In this document: in pieces, positions 24,675 to 37,300 of the stretch
Numbering within the stretch: the stretch's first letter is position 1
Layout: each line of letters begins with the position of its first letter
Assembly: GCA_037447605.1 (NCBI GenBank)
Contig: CM074818.1
Coordinates: forward strand, 124,001-188,000
DNA length: 64,000 nt
Source of the DNA: Zygnema circumcarinatum SAG 698-1b
Lineage: Eukaryota > Plantae > Zygnematophyceae
Direction: 5' to 3'
Made by a program: the position numbers and the translations under genes
Notes under the pieces: generated by a model
What the model was told of the DNA's origin: nothing
Database searches by the model: none
What the model saw: the letters and a program-made list of their open reading frames with translations, nothing else

Positions 24675-26722
24675 GGCGTTCGCCAGGCGAGCAGGCGCCT
24701 AAAAAGGTGCACGTACAGCGAGCGCCTCGTGCCTGCCTGCTCCCTTTTAATCCCTCCCTCTCCTTCACCCTCTCCCTCTCTCTCTCCCTCTCCCTCTCCC
24801 TCTCCCTCTCCCTCCCAGGCAGGCAAGCGCGCAGGCGGGCGGCGCGCAGGCGGAGACGCCCGTTCGGACCGGCTCGCTCCGGTTGGTGGCTCCGCCGCGT
24901 GACACCTGTCACGCCATGTCACGTTTCGCGTGTCAGTTCGCGAGCGAGCGCGCGCGCAGGGCCGGGCAGCTCCCTCCTGGGAGGGAGGGAGGGAGGGAGG
25001 GCGGGCCTGTCTGCCTGCAAGGGGCGCAGCGGAGAAAGGCAGAGAGTTTAAACGAGGGCTGGGCTGGACTGGGCTGGGCTGTGTTTGACAGACAGCCCGC
25101 ATCGATGTGCAGTACCACAGACCCATACTCTCCGATGAAGCAGGAGCGGCAGGACTGTGAACAGCAACATCTGAAAGAGTTAAATGCTGGAGATAGAGAG
25201 CGCTGACGATTGAAGTTGTTGAAAACTTCCGAATTTGACATGTCTATTGCTTGGATTGCAGGAAAGAAAGGAGTAAAACTTTGGAGACGGCTGAGGCAGC
25301 TTGTAGAGAACAGGAGCGGAAAGGCAGAGAGAGACACAGAAGAGAGAAGAGTTTCCATTGCCATTGGGTCTCTAAGACAGGGCAGCAAGTTTGGTTAGCC
25401 TCAGAACTATAGGTAGGCTCCGAAAACTAGGAGAAGTGGTCCGGCGTAAGTTCGGGCCTGGGTGTTCAAGTCCATATGAGGTAGTAGAGATGGTTGGCTC
25501 TTTCGCCGCCAGACTGGCACTGCCAGAGATTACTGAGATTCATCCTATGGTGCATGCCATTAAGTGAAAACCAGCTTCGTTGCATCCTGAAGTGATGGCT
25601 GCGGCTGAGCCGGATCGAGATTTGGCCGCAGAGCCACTGATCTCTAGTCTGTCGATTGACTGGAAAGGGCGTACGTTCAGTGTTCCTGTGGGTGCACTTC
25701 CCTGACCACCCTGAGAGAAGTGACTGCAGTGAAGGGAAGGGAAGGGGCTGCGTTGACCGATAATATAATGCACAATGATTAGTCGTACCCCATCAATAGC
25801 TGCAATGGAAAAAGGCCTTTTTGCATTGTAGAGAGATTCAATAGTTCCAGAGGAATAGAAAGTCCAGAAACAGACCCGTCAACCCCCATGTTAAGTATTT
25901 GTCAGATGCCTCACACCATGTAACAGGGGAGAAAAGAGTTTTATGGCATGGCATGAGGGCAAAGCCAGTGTGAAGCCAACTTGTCACAAGCAAGAATCCG
26001 GAGCAGCCAGAGCAGTGAGAAAGAATCCTCAGACAGACTAAGCACAAGAACGACGCTGCGAGGCAATCGCGGCTTCCACCACAATCACCACCACTGAGTA
26101 AAAGCAGCGATATACTGCAAGAATCATTACTGTTACAGGCAATGGTGCGTGTCTTTCCCAGACACAAACTAGGCCGGATAGCGAATCCTACTCTACATCT
26201 GGCCACGACAGCACAGCAGGCGCGGTAAGGGCCCCTTTGTCCCCTACTCCACGGCCATTCATCATATGTACGTAATGCGGCGGTCGCATTCCTCTGGCTG
26301 GCGGAGCGAGGGCGCTCCACTAGACCAAACAGCGGAACACAACAGCCGCAAAACTCGTCGCAAAACGTCTTCAGTTCACATGCAAAAAAAATGAAGTAAC
26401 CTGTATACACCCCTCCCCGTGTAGCGACCGTTTTGCTGTGTTGAAATACAGAGTTCCACAAGCAGATGCAGCAAGCTGCCCACTGGTGGTTTTGCGCTTG
26501 AAAATGCCCGTTACTTGGTAGGCAGCCTGCATGTATGTGAAATGCAGTAGCGGCGACAGCTGAGATACAAAATGTGCGTAGGGTTTTTAGGGTGCGCTCC
26601 GCGGTACATGGTTGGCGAGATCCCTCATCCAAGGTAGCAGACCTTATGCACTTTCCGTATGCTCTCACGAGCTTCGGCATACGGTGGCCTGCTCCGTCGC
26701 TTATCCCTTCCACGCTTTTATT

Positions 26723-28960
26723 TTAAGCTCTCGGAGTAGTGGACTTCCAGGAAATCAATAGTCGGGGCAGGCCATCATCATCCTTGCGACACCACGTTCG
26801 CATCCGCCGGTCGGCTGCCATCTTGCATGCGAATGTATGCCTCTACATCTACACACAACATTCGTATGCTTCATGTCAGTCTTAAGAGGAAAGAATTCTA
26901 AGGGTGCGAGTGAGGGCACAACGGATGTCGCACTCACCAGCAGCAGACGGTTGCAGTGGAAAGGAGTTCGAAGTAGTCGGAGGGGGGGCAACGGGATCCG
27001 CGGAAGCACCCCATTGGGTAGCTGCTGCCAGCCGCGTGCTCCAAGGAGAGGGCGCCTCGCCCAGCTTCAAGAATGCCCGGGCAATGGCCTGCGTCAGCCT
27101 GCACCCGCACACAACCCTCCCTCGCAGTTCAGCACAGTTCGCTGCGACAGGCTCCCACTCTGCCACCCAGGGCTGCTCCTGTACCCTAAAAAGCAAAATG
27201 TGGACATAGCAAGGAGGGGGCGCGCTCACATGATGCACTCCACTACCAGCTGCTCCTTGACCACCGCCGGCAGCGCAGCCGCCGTGGCGGCCGCCTCCTG
27301 CACGCACTGCCGGGAGAGGCGCGCGAGCTCGAGGTGCGCGAGCGCGAGCGCGGGCATGCTGTGCATGACGGCGGAGGTGAGGCCGAGGCCGAGGCCGGGG
27401 GGCGTGCGCACCGCGGTGGGCCGCAGCGTGGCGGACTCCGAGAAGCTGCCCGGCGTGCACTCCCGCGCCCCGCCCTCGCCCTCTCCCTCTCCCTCTCCCT
27501 CTCCCTCTCCCTCGCCCGAGGGGCTTCGGCGGTCGGCGGACGGGGACGGCTGCGCGTCGGGAGGGGACCTTCCCGACTCGCGCACGAAGGAGGTGGAGTT
27601 TGTGCCCAGTTGCCAGTGCTGGGGAGGGGGCACCACTAGAGGGGGCAGGACAGCTGCAGCTTCTCGGTTTAGGCCTGCTTGCGGAAACACAGGCGGATCG
27701 GCCGAATGGGGACTCTCTTCAGCGTCCTGGTCGAGGGGAGAATTCCACGAAGCTTCCGCAGAAGTGACTGTGCAGAGTAGGAGATAAACCGGGAAAGGAA
27801 ATGGAAGGAATTAGACAGTGACCGGAATAGCGCTCGCAAGCGATGCGACTGCATTTTTGGAACGGCTATTCAGCAAAGCATTGTCTCCATGCAGACTGGG
27901 GAAGAAAGTTACCTCGCTGTCTCTTTTCAGCAGGTGCCGGATTGAGGTCCAGAAATTGCAATAGGCGCTTGGAGGAGCCGGGAGAGGGAGGAGCAGGAGG
28001 CGGATCACCCTCCGACGCACGATCACTCTCCGCCGCCCTGCTGGAGGGGGCGGCACTGCTGCACTCCGAGCCCTCGGAGCGCGTGCAGGGGGTGGAGCCC
28101 TGCAGCAGCGTGCAGTGCCGCTTGAGCGTAGAGTTCCAGTGGTTCTTGATGGCATTGTCTGTGCGCCCTGCAGGAATGGGGAAGCGCAGTCAGCCGCCTT
28201 CCGCAGTAACGAGCCTTGGCTCTCCAGTGATGGGGGTGGGGTGGGAGGTGTGGGTGGGGGGCAGTGGCCAAAGGTGCGGAGCATACCTGGGAATTGCTTG
28301 GCAATGGCGGACCAGCGGTTGCCATATACGAGGTGCGCAGCGATGAGGCGGCTGTCCTCCTCGGGCGAGAAGGGTTCCTTGTTCACCTGCGGGTCCAGCT
28401 GATTGCACCACCTGCGCCTCGCCCAAGCCCCTTTCCCCCCGTCAGGCCTCGCCCAGGAAACGAGCACGTTCGCATCAGCGGAAGCACGCAGTCTTGGGAG
28501 GACTTGGCCAGGGAGAGCAGCCGCACCGCAGGCGGCAGCTCTTGTTGGAGCGTCCCGGCACGCCACGCGCAATGAGCGACCTGCACGGCGCCCAACCCCA
28601 GCCTGTTAGGGCTCGCCTGCCTGCCTGAGTACCTCCCCCGCCCGCCCAAAAGCCTGCCCTTCCCATCGTGACGCGGAGGCCCTGCAAGGTCTGCAGCGTA
28701 CCAGCTGCGGGCGCCATGCTTGGCCACAAGAGCGCACAACCGTTCGTCTTCCTGCAGTGCATCAACATCGAATCGACGTCAGCAACCGCACTGCTTCCTC
28801 TCAAGCCCAAGCAGCCAGTTCGCAAGCAAGAGATGCAGTGACAACGGCAAAGCAGGAGGGCAAGGGCGCGGAGGAGGACCTCGCGAGTCCAGGAGGCCTT
28901 GGCCTGCGCGCTGTGGTTGCGCGTGCCGGGCGGTGCGAGCTGCGGCAGCTTGCTGCCCAT
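26723..28960 (-). CDS. R2R3-MYB transcription factor (subgroup 22/23-like domain)
   Basis: Spliced repeats KASWTRE/EDERLCALVAKHGARSW/SLIARGVPGRSNKSCRLR/WCNQLDPQVNKEPFSPEEDSRLIAAHLVYGNRWSAIAKQFPG/RTDNAIKNHWNSTLKR. The C-terminal exons and the stop at 26723 are less certain. Confidence 0.92.
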
Positions 28961-29211
28961 GGCGGGCGGGCAGCCCAAGCGGCGCGAGGCGGGGCCGGGC
29001 GCGGAGGGGCGGGTCTGGTCCGGTCCGAGGGAGGGAGGGAGGGAGGGAGGGAGGGAGCAGGGAGAGGGAGCGGGAGAAAGCGCTGCGGAGTGGAGCGGAG
29101 CGTCGAGTCGAGGCGAGGGGGTGCGGGGGGAAGAGCGGCGGCGCAACGGCTCGCGGTGGGCCCCACCGCGCCGCGCGGCACGTGTTGCGCCCGAGGGCCG
29201 CGGCTGGCGCC

Positions 29212-30406
29212 GTACGAACGTACGGCTAGGGCGTGCTCGGCCGTACGACCGTACGGGGGGCGAGTCGAGGCGCCAGCGCGGGCGGCCCATGGCGCGGAGC
29301 GGCGGCCGCTGCCGGCGGTTGGCGGGCGGCGGCGCCAGCCCGTCGAACCGGTGCGCCCAACGGTCCATTCACGCCACCGTACGGTCTAGTACGAATTCGT
29401 ACGGTGCCAGCCGGGGCCTGCGCGCCAACTTGCCGCGCGGATCTCCGCCGCCGCCCGCCGGCTGTAACGGTATTTTGTCGGCTGCGGGCGGACAGTTGGC
29501 CCCCGCTCCGGTCGTACGGCGCCTGCCTGGCGCCGCACCCGCCACCTGGCAGGCGGTGCAGTTCGCCCGCGGGGGGGCGGCTGAGCTGGCGGGCGCGCGG
29601 CGCGCCAGGTGGCGCGGGCGGCTGGCGGGCGCCACGCGCGGCAAGCGCGACGGTCGGCGGTTGGCCCCGCTGTTCGTACGCTGTTCGTACGAAGGCCGTA
29701 CGGAGTATGATGGCGGCGCTGCGGCCCGCTGACGCCCGGCGGTCCGCGCGTGCGGAGCGGTTTGCGCCCGCCCGAAGCGCGACCGCCGAGGTCGCGCCGC
29801 GCCGCCCCGCCCCGCCCGTAACGCCCGCCCGCCTGCCCATAACCGCCCGCCCGCCCTCCCGCTCGCCCGCCCGGGGGGCTGGCTGGCCGGCTGGCCGGCT
29901 GTAGCCTGCAGGGCGGCCGTCGCGTCACGGCCCTCGCACTGCGGCTGGCACCCGCCACGTGGCGCGCCCCCACGTGTCCCGCCCGACACACTTTTTGACG
30001 GGTCCCGACTCCCGCGACTCCCGTCCCCTCCCGTTCCCGTCTCCCCTAGGCCCTAGGCCCTAGGCCCTAGGCCCCTTCCCGCGCGCTGCCTGCCGGCGAG
30101 GCGGCTCCGTTCGTTCGTTCGTTCGTTCGTTCGTTAGGGCCCGCCCGCCCGCCCGCCCGCCCGCCGCGGAGGGAGGGAGGGGCCTCTGCGCAGCCTGCCG
30201 TACCGGCCTGTACCGTACCGTACAGTGCCGTACCTCCCCGCCCGGCAGGCCCGGCTGCCGTCTGTGACCGTTAGTTGGGGCTGGACATTCAAACGCCCGA
30301 GTTTAATTTCAAATTCAAAGCGAGAAATAATCTCAGGCCGTTGTTTCGCTCGTACGGATGTACGGTCGACATCACTGTACGGTAGGTCGGTCCTCTATGA
30401 CCGTAC
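29212..30406. promoter_or_regulatory. Dense GTAC-core cluster (mostly CGTACG/CCGTAC) upstream of the MYB gene
   Basis: 20 GTAC counted in about 1.2 kb of GC-rich DNA. Function is inferred. Confidence 0.5.
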
Positions 30407-31764
30407 AGTCGTATGGCCATACACTTCAAATGTCCTCGTCCTGAAGCACCATCCATCCATGCATGCATCCATCCATCCATCTGTGCCGCATGGTGAAGTT
30501 AAAGTTCGAGGGCGAGTCGTGATTGCGGGACTCGACAAACGTTCAAATCCACGAATTTGAACTGTAAAATCTTCCACACCCTTCATTCTCCCGTTCAAAC
30601 TAGTTGACGAACTTTACAAGTCATTCATTCCCCAAAAAGGTGTTCAAATCCCCAACCACAGGACATTGCTGTTCCGCCACATGTTCACAGGCGAAAGTGC
30701 AAGAAGGAAGCCTAGCTCAGCAGGTCGACCTACGGCTGAAAGGCAGACGAAAGCCTCGCAAAATTTGGGTCGCTCGTTACCGCCTCATATTGCAAAATGT
30801 TGCGTGGAGCAGGAAAAATGTTCTAGATCCTAAGAATGAAAAATGATGAAATCGTTGGAATGCACGGGGACAACACGCACAGCCCTGCGAGGCAGGCCGC
30901 ACGCCCTTCACTGTCCCCTTCACTGCTTGGACAACCGCCGACGGACGGACCCGCGGCGGCGACCTCCAGTAGCCCTCCTCACCCATGGCGGCAGGTCTCA
31001 ACGCGCAAGGTACAGATAGCTGTCGGCCTCACAGGCGTGCACAACAGTCGGTGGGGTATCCATCCAACGCGTGCACGCGCATGACGGCGTCTTGTGAACG
31101 GCACACACTCTCCTCACGCAACGAAACCAGAAGAACCGCCATTAACATGATTCCGACAAATTCAGCAGAAGGAACCAAGCATGTGCCAAAAAAGAAAGTG
31201 CGTCTCGGTTCATGGCGGTTTCGCTCAAGCCTCGTTCGGACCCTCCTCCTGCCGGAACCCTCTTGCCCCTTCGGTTTCTTGTGACATGGGGATGAAGGGA
31301 TGCTGGCAAACCAGTGAGAGCTGCACTGTAAAGAGTGCGCTGCCGGGTCTGGCAGAAGGACCGGCTCCTCGGCTGCCCTGGCCTGCCCCTCACGGCTCCT
31401 CTCCTTGCACAGAGCAACTGCGCCCATGGCCTGCACCGCCTCTCCATTGACGGATGAAACGGTGTGCACTGCAACGTGCTGCCGAGATTACTTTATATGC
31501 GAATATGATGCTGTTCACCACTGACAAACCTATACTTGAGTCTCCGTTGAGTATGAAACAAAGTCTATGATCTTCAGAGCAGCGGACTTCATCAAACATT
31601 GAAGCTACGCTCAAGATTTTATTTTTTCTTGTCGTATCCATGTCCCAGCCGCTTGTCGTTCCACAAAGGTGACCCATTTTATCGCAGCAGTGCAGAACTT
31701 CCCTTGGTGATAATGCCTCGTCCTCATCATCCCTCAGGCGGCCGCCGAAGGCAGTGGCGCCGCT

Positions 31765-33591
31765 CTATGCAGAGGCCAGAGCACCCTCGACGGTCGCAAT
31801 GAGGTCCGTCGACGACATGGCGCCCTCCTGCACCCGACCCGGCAGCGGCAGCGGCAGCGAGACTGGTCAGCGCCGAACACATGGGACACATGGGAGACTG
31901 CAGCTTCAAAAACGCTTCAGAACTAACCATGCGATAAATAGGCCGGCCTTTTCGGAAGAGAATCATCGTCGGTAACGCCTGCACTTGATATGCAGAGGCC
32001 AGCCGTGGGTACTTCTCCGTATCAATCTTCACCTGATACAGAGAACCCCCAAGGATACTCTCCACACAAATTATTCATGTGATCGTCCTCCTAGTCTTAG
32101 TAAGGAATTTTTCTCACAAAGGGAGACACTGTTGTGCAGCAGACTGCCCACAGACGAGCACATGCATGAGCCGCCTTAGGGAGATGGAGGTGAAGCAGGC
32201 TGGCCTCACAATCTTGGCGAGGTCCTTCCGCTGCGCAGCAACCTCCTGCAGCACTCCCGCCATGAGCTGGCACGGCCCGCACCTGCGCACTCCCATCGCT
32301 TCAGCTAGTGAGGCGCCACCGAGGCCGCCACAGGAGCAGAGCATGCAGCGCCAATGCCCTAGCTCGTAACCTCGCGATGTTAATGGAGCAATCCGATTTA
32401 CAGCCAAAACGAAACGTGAAAGTGATTCAATACTCAAGGGCAAACAACTCTGGATGCATTTGAAGCACACCAAGTGCATAACAGGTTTATTTTCGTTAGC
32501 TGGTATGCCACTCAAATAGAAGACGCAGATGATTTCACCGAGGGTCATCAAGAAAAGCAAACATTCAGAGCACAAAGTGGACAGAGATGAACGTGATGAC
32601 GAATGAGATAATTTATCCACGTATGCATGAGAAATGCAATGGGTACTAAAACTCACCAGGTGGCATAGAAGTCGACTAGCACAACGTCCTCCTCTGCGAG
32701 CATTTCTTCAAAGGATGAAAATGTCTGTCGGGCAGCCTGAAGCCGATGTGCAAAACGAGTCACGAAAAGCCCGAGCTTCCCTTTAAGCATATGCAACGAC
32801 CAGCGGCGGCGTTTCGAAACCAAAAACCTCTCAGAGCATCAGCTACATCACGAGGAAATATCTGTTTTAAAACAATTATCTGGTTTGCGTCGATGAGGCT
32901 TATTCTCAAGGTTTTTGGAAAACAAAGATCCTCCTTGTCACATTTTCCTCAGCCGTTCATCTATGCATAGCCAACCTCTGTATTTTTTTGTGTAAGCATT
33001 TCAGGCGAAGTTCCCAGCCAAATATTTGCCACCCTCGAAATGTCAGCAGGAGTACGAGGCTTGTTAAGCAACATATTTCGACGCAGTAAACTCGAAGGAA
33101 CATCGATTACGACAAGAGAGGCAAGAAACACACTGGAAAATGCAAAATCTGCAGGGAAGAAGACGCTGCCAACAAAAGCAAACGTCCCAAAATTACAACA
33201 GCGGAGACAAAATCTTAGCAGTTACGTCTAATCGATTCAAGTATTGGCGAATACACAAGGTTTGCTTTTCAGAGTTTGAGATGAAGGCGGCAAACTTCCA
33301 TATCTTGTTCCAGCACTGCGTATAATAAGCGCGGCAAGCTCAGCAAACGCGACAGGATCGGCAGCGGCTCCTCACCTGCAAGGCGCCCGGTCGCGGCTTC
33401 CGCGTCTGTCCTGGCCGGCCACCCACGCTCGTCTCCCATGCAGAAAGGAAGGGGGGGGAGGAGAAGGAGGGCGCGGGGCGGGGCGAGGCCTCGGGCAGCG
33501 TCCTGCGCGTCTCGCAGAGCAGGCCGGCGGGCCGCGCAAGGGGGGCGCAGGCCGCGCCGAACGCGGCCAGGGAGGACAAAGCGGCCGCCAT
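31765..33591 (-). CDS. TRXy: Plastid thioredoxin y
   Basis: QTFSSFEEML...VLVDFYATW/CGPCQLMAGVL...VKIDTEKYPRLASAYQVQALPTMILF...EGAMSSTDLIATVEGALASA*; transit peptide in exon 1. Confidence 0.94.
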
Positions 33592-33721
33592 GGCTGCCTC
33601 TCCCCCTCCAGTCTACGGGGCAGGGACAGGCAAAAACAGGGCCTGGGGTAGGGGCCTTGTTCCTATGCCCGCAGCGGTCCTCGCTTTCACATCAAAACGG
33701 ACCGATTGTGCCCTCTTCAGT

Positions 33722-33880
33722 AGGGGGTGTCAGACTTAACAAAATCTTACGAAAAGCGTTACGAAAAAAAAGGTTACGAAAGTACTCCGCCGCAGGAGGA
33801 TCGCTATTATACTGAAGTACTCGTTCTGATGTCAAACTTACGAACACGCGTACTGAAATTTTTTAAGTCTGACACCCCCT
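33722..33880. mobile_element. MITE copy 1 (159 bp), TIR AGGGGGTGTCAGACTTAA, TSD AGT
   Basis: Perfect 18-bp terminal inverted repeats; AGT at 33719-33721 and 33881-33883; internal TTACGAA repeats; homologous in reverse orientation to 47911-48045. Confidence 0.93.
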
Positions 33881-34312
33881 AGTAGTACGGGAGGGAGTAC
33901 TGACGATTTTTTCCGCTCTCGCCGCTGCCCGCTCCGGTCCCTCGCGATCGCCCACCCGTCGCATCGCATCCGGCGCGAGGCCAGATCTGTTGCCAGATCT
34001 TTCTCAGATCTGGACCAGATCGATCCGGCCCCTACGATCGCGCGGTCCGCAATCAGGCGCGGCGCGCGCAATCTCCGTGGCGGATACGGATCGCCTCGCG
34101 CGCATCTCCCCATTGCCGTACAGCCAACTGGCTCGTACGGCGGCCACTGCGTACGGACTCCTACGTCACCGAGCCTTCTCGTACGGCAGGCTGGCTGCGT
34201 GGAACTGTACGGCAGGCGGCGTCGCGGGGACAGGCGCTGCTGCTGCTGTGGTTGTTCAGAGAGGCGCTCGCTGATTGCTTGAGAGGGAAAGGGCAGGGGC
34301 AGGGGCGCGGCC

Positions 34313-37300
34313 ATGGCGTGGCTGCCCAATGTGTCGCTGGCGGACCTGGGCGGCTTCGCGGACGCTGTGAACAAACTGAGCGAGAGCGTGAAGAGCATCG
34401 AGACCTCTTTCGACTCCGCACTCGGCTTTCAGGGGGCTGCCGGTACTGTCTGTCCGTCGGCCCTCCCTCGCATCTGTCCTCCACCGTCTTCCTCTCTCTC
34501 CTGCGCGCTCGTCCGCCACAGGAGAGCTGGGATCCCGCTGAACCCTTTTCCATTGGCGTGCAGGTGCCGCGGAGAGTAAGCCTGGCGCTGCGCCTCCCTC
34601 GGCCTCCCCCTCCCCCTCCCTGCAGGCTGCGGATGCGCCCGCCGAGAGTCGCGATGGGCCCGGGGAGGCGCGGCCTCACGGCGAGGGGGCGCCCAGCAGC
34701 GGGGCTCCCAACGGCACAGCGCACGATTCAGAGCTCGGCGATTCCCATGGCCATGCCGGCCATGGTGACCATTGCGGCCGTGGCGACCTTGACAATCATG
34801 GCGACCATGGCGGCCCTGGCGGGCGTGCTCGTGAGCCGGCTGTCGATCTCCGCGAATCGGATCCTGTGCATCCGGCGGAGGTTGCGGTCGGGGCAGCGGA
34901 AACTCCTGAACCTTCTCAAGGCAGCGAGGCAGCGCGGGCACAGGAGCCCGAGCCAGCGGATAAGGCCTCTCTGCTCGTCAGCAGCAATGAGGCCGCGGTG
35001 GCTGCAGCAGAGGAGGAACCGGAAGGGGGTTTCACGGCAGAAGGTCAGAGTGCACGTGATCTGGAAAAGGAGCAGGTGAGGGATGCGAGAGAACCCTTCA
35101 CAACATCAGTCAGTGAGAGTGTAGATGCAGTACATCCAAAGGTGCATTCGGAGCTCGAGGCAAAAGCGGAAGTGTTAGGGCAGCCAAAGGGAGCGCAGGA
35201 GGAAGATAATGCCGTGCAGCTCCCGTCTGGTAGCACAGATGAGGAGTCTTGGAAAGAACCAATCTCGAGCTCCTCCGAGTTTGATGCAGAGCTTCCCGCG
35301 TCCTCCGCTCCCCCGCCGCCTTCATCAAAGAGTGATTTTGAAGAGGCTGAATCACTCTTAGGAGCTTCGGTAGGACAGCTTTCTCGTCCTCCCAGCAGCA
35401 AATCAGAACAGGTGGAGCAGCCGTATATTGTGAAGCAGGAGGAGGCCCGTTCTTCTCCGCTTGAAGGTGAACCTTCTCAAGTGACGAATGTGCCCATACG
35501 GCATTTGAATGAAATAGACAACAAATCTGTTATCCATCAAGAGGAGAATGCGAAGCTGCGAGCAGAGCTGTCTCAAATGGAGATTTCTTTGCAGGCTGCA
35601 GCTCGACAGGCTCAGGTGGGAGACTGCTTTTGGAAGGGTAGGAATGCTTTATCGTTCTTTTTATTTTTTTCGCAGAGAGTTCCGTTAATGCCCCTTTAGG
35701 AGAAGGGAATCCAGAAGCGAACTGTCACTGCTGTGCCATCACTGCTTAGTAGTTGCCTAAAGGTGCAAAGTGGCTTTCCGGGGTTAGTGGGTCAAGGAGT
35801 CAGCTTAAAATTGTTTAGCTTTGGAGCCCAGACGCGCTTCTGTGAAGGCTTAAAGCGCTAGTCGTGGCATTGCCAGCGTTCACTCTGCTTTCATCTAGTG
35901 AGAACGTGACAACTTAAGTGACCTACTTGACCTTTGGCTACTGGTGGGAGCGATGAGAATAACTTTGGGGTTTAAACTGCAGATAAAAGCGGACGAGCTA
36001 GCGCGGTTTATGGCTGCAAACGACGAGTTGAATTGTCGTCTTGAGGAGCTGAAGGCGAAGGTGAACGAGTCAAAGGTGTGCCTTTCGAATCCTCCCGGCA
36101 AATTGTCACAGGAATGGACTCATTGCCGCTGCCAGACCAGAGCTGATTGTTGCTTTACAGAAGGGAAGCGAGTGCAGGACGAAGCAAAGAAGACCAGCGA
36201 GGCGGAGGTAGAGGCTTTGCGAGAGGAGTATCAGCATCGACTGAGTGCGGCGGAGCGGAAGGTCTGACGCATGATGCGACACAAGCTGTAATGAACTTTG
36301 TGTGATGCAAGCACCGTCTTGATTGTTTTCTAAGTGAAAAGATTTGTCGGAGGACGCGTGCATGTGCGTCGCCAAATGTGAATTGAATACGGAGAGAGAC
36401 GCAAAGGCGGGGCCGGCTGGCGGATGTGATGCGGCGCAGGTGTATGCTCTTACCAAAGAGCGGGACATGATGCGGAGGGAACAAAGCCGTAAGAGCGATA
36501 CGTCGGCGTTGTTGAAGGAGAAGGATGAGATCATCAAGCAGGTGATGGCGGAAGGTATGTCCTGCATCAGACCTTACTCTCGACAGACCTGGTGCGTGAC
36601 TTATTTCAGATTGTATAAGCATTGGATTTTGGGAGATGCGAGTAGAGACTGTTCAGTGCTGAGGAATGGACTGTAATAATTTGGAGGGTGGGCATACGTG
36701 TTTGTGGCAGGGGAGGAGTTGTCGAAGAAGCAAGCAGCGCAGGAGTTGCAAATGAAGAAGCTGCGCTCGCAGGTCGGTGGCCAAAGTTTAACTTCTTCCT
36801 CCCACCCTTCCGTTTACCTGCTGGTCACCTCTCAGAGATGACTGTAATGGCATTGTAGAAGGGAGCTAAGTGCGTCAGTCCTTTTTTCGCCAAGAGTGGG
36901 GGTCAAACCACAAGCACAGGGTAGAGCTGGCATTTAGGGTATCGGCTGAGACTCCCACTGCTTGTGGAAATCTTGGGGGAAAACAGATTCGAGAGCTGGA
37001 GGATGAGAAGCAGCGCCTGTCGTCTAAGCTGCAGGTGAAGTTCCAATTCTACTTCTTCGTACTCTTTGCAGTATTCTGACACCAGGAGCAGCAGGAGGCA
37101 ACTGAGGATAATGCTCTTCGTAGATTGTTGCAAGCTTCATGCGCTTCGCTGCGCTGTATCGTAAAGCCAAAGTACGGTTATGCAGGTGTGGCTTGCTGGG
37201 GATCGAGCCGTTTCAAAATTTGTTTTTGGCATTGATGTGGAGGATTGCTTTTGTAATTTTTTCACTTTTTAGGGTTTTTAGAATTCTGTGCTAAAGATGG

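Noticed and set aside
28475-29991. Many overlapping 200-300 aa Arg/Ala/Gly/Pro-rich ORFs
   Set aside because: Expected in very GC-rich promoter DNA; open in most frames with no domain signature apart from MYB exon 1.
30480-30660. tRNA genes around GTTCAAATCC
   Set aside because: B-box-like words only; no T-stem, acceptor stem or cloverleaf.
33721-33882. Tc1/mariner (Stowaway) assignment with a TA TSD
   Set aside because: Including the terminal A/T in the TIR gives matching 3-bp flanks in all three insertions (AGT, ATT, ATT), which explains more bases than TA.
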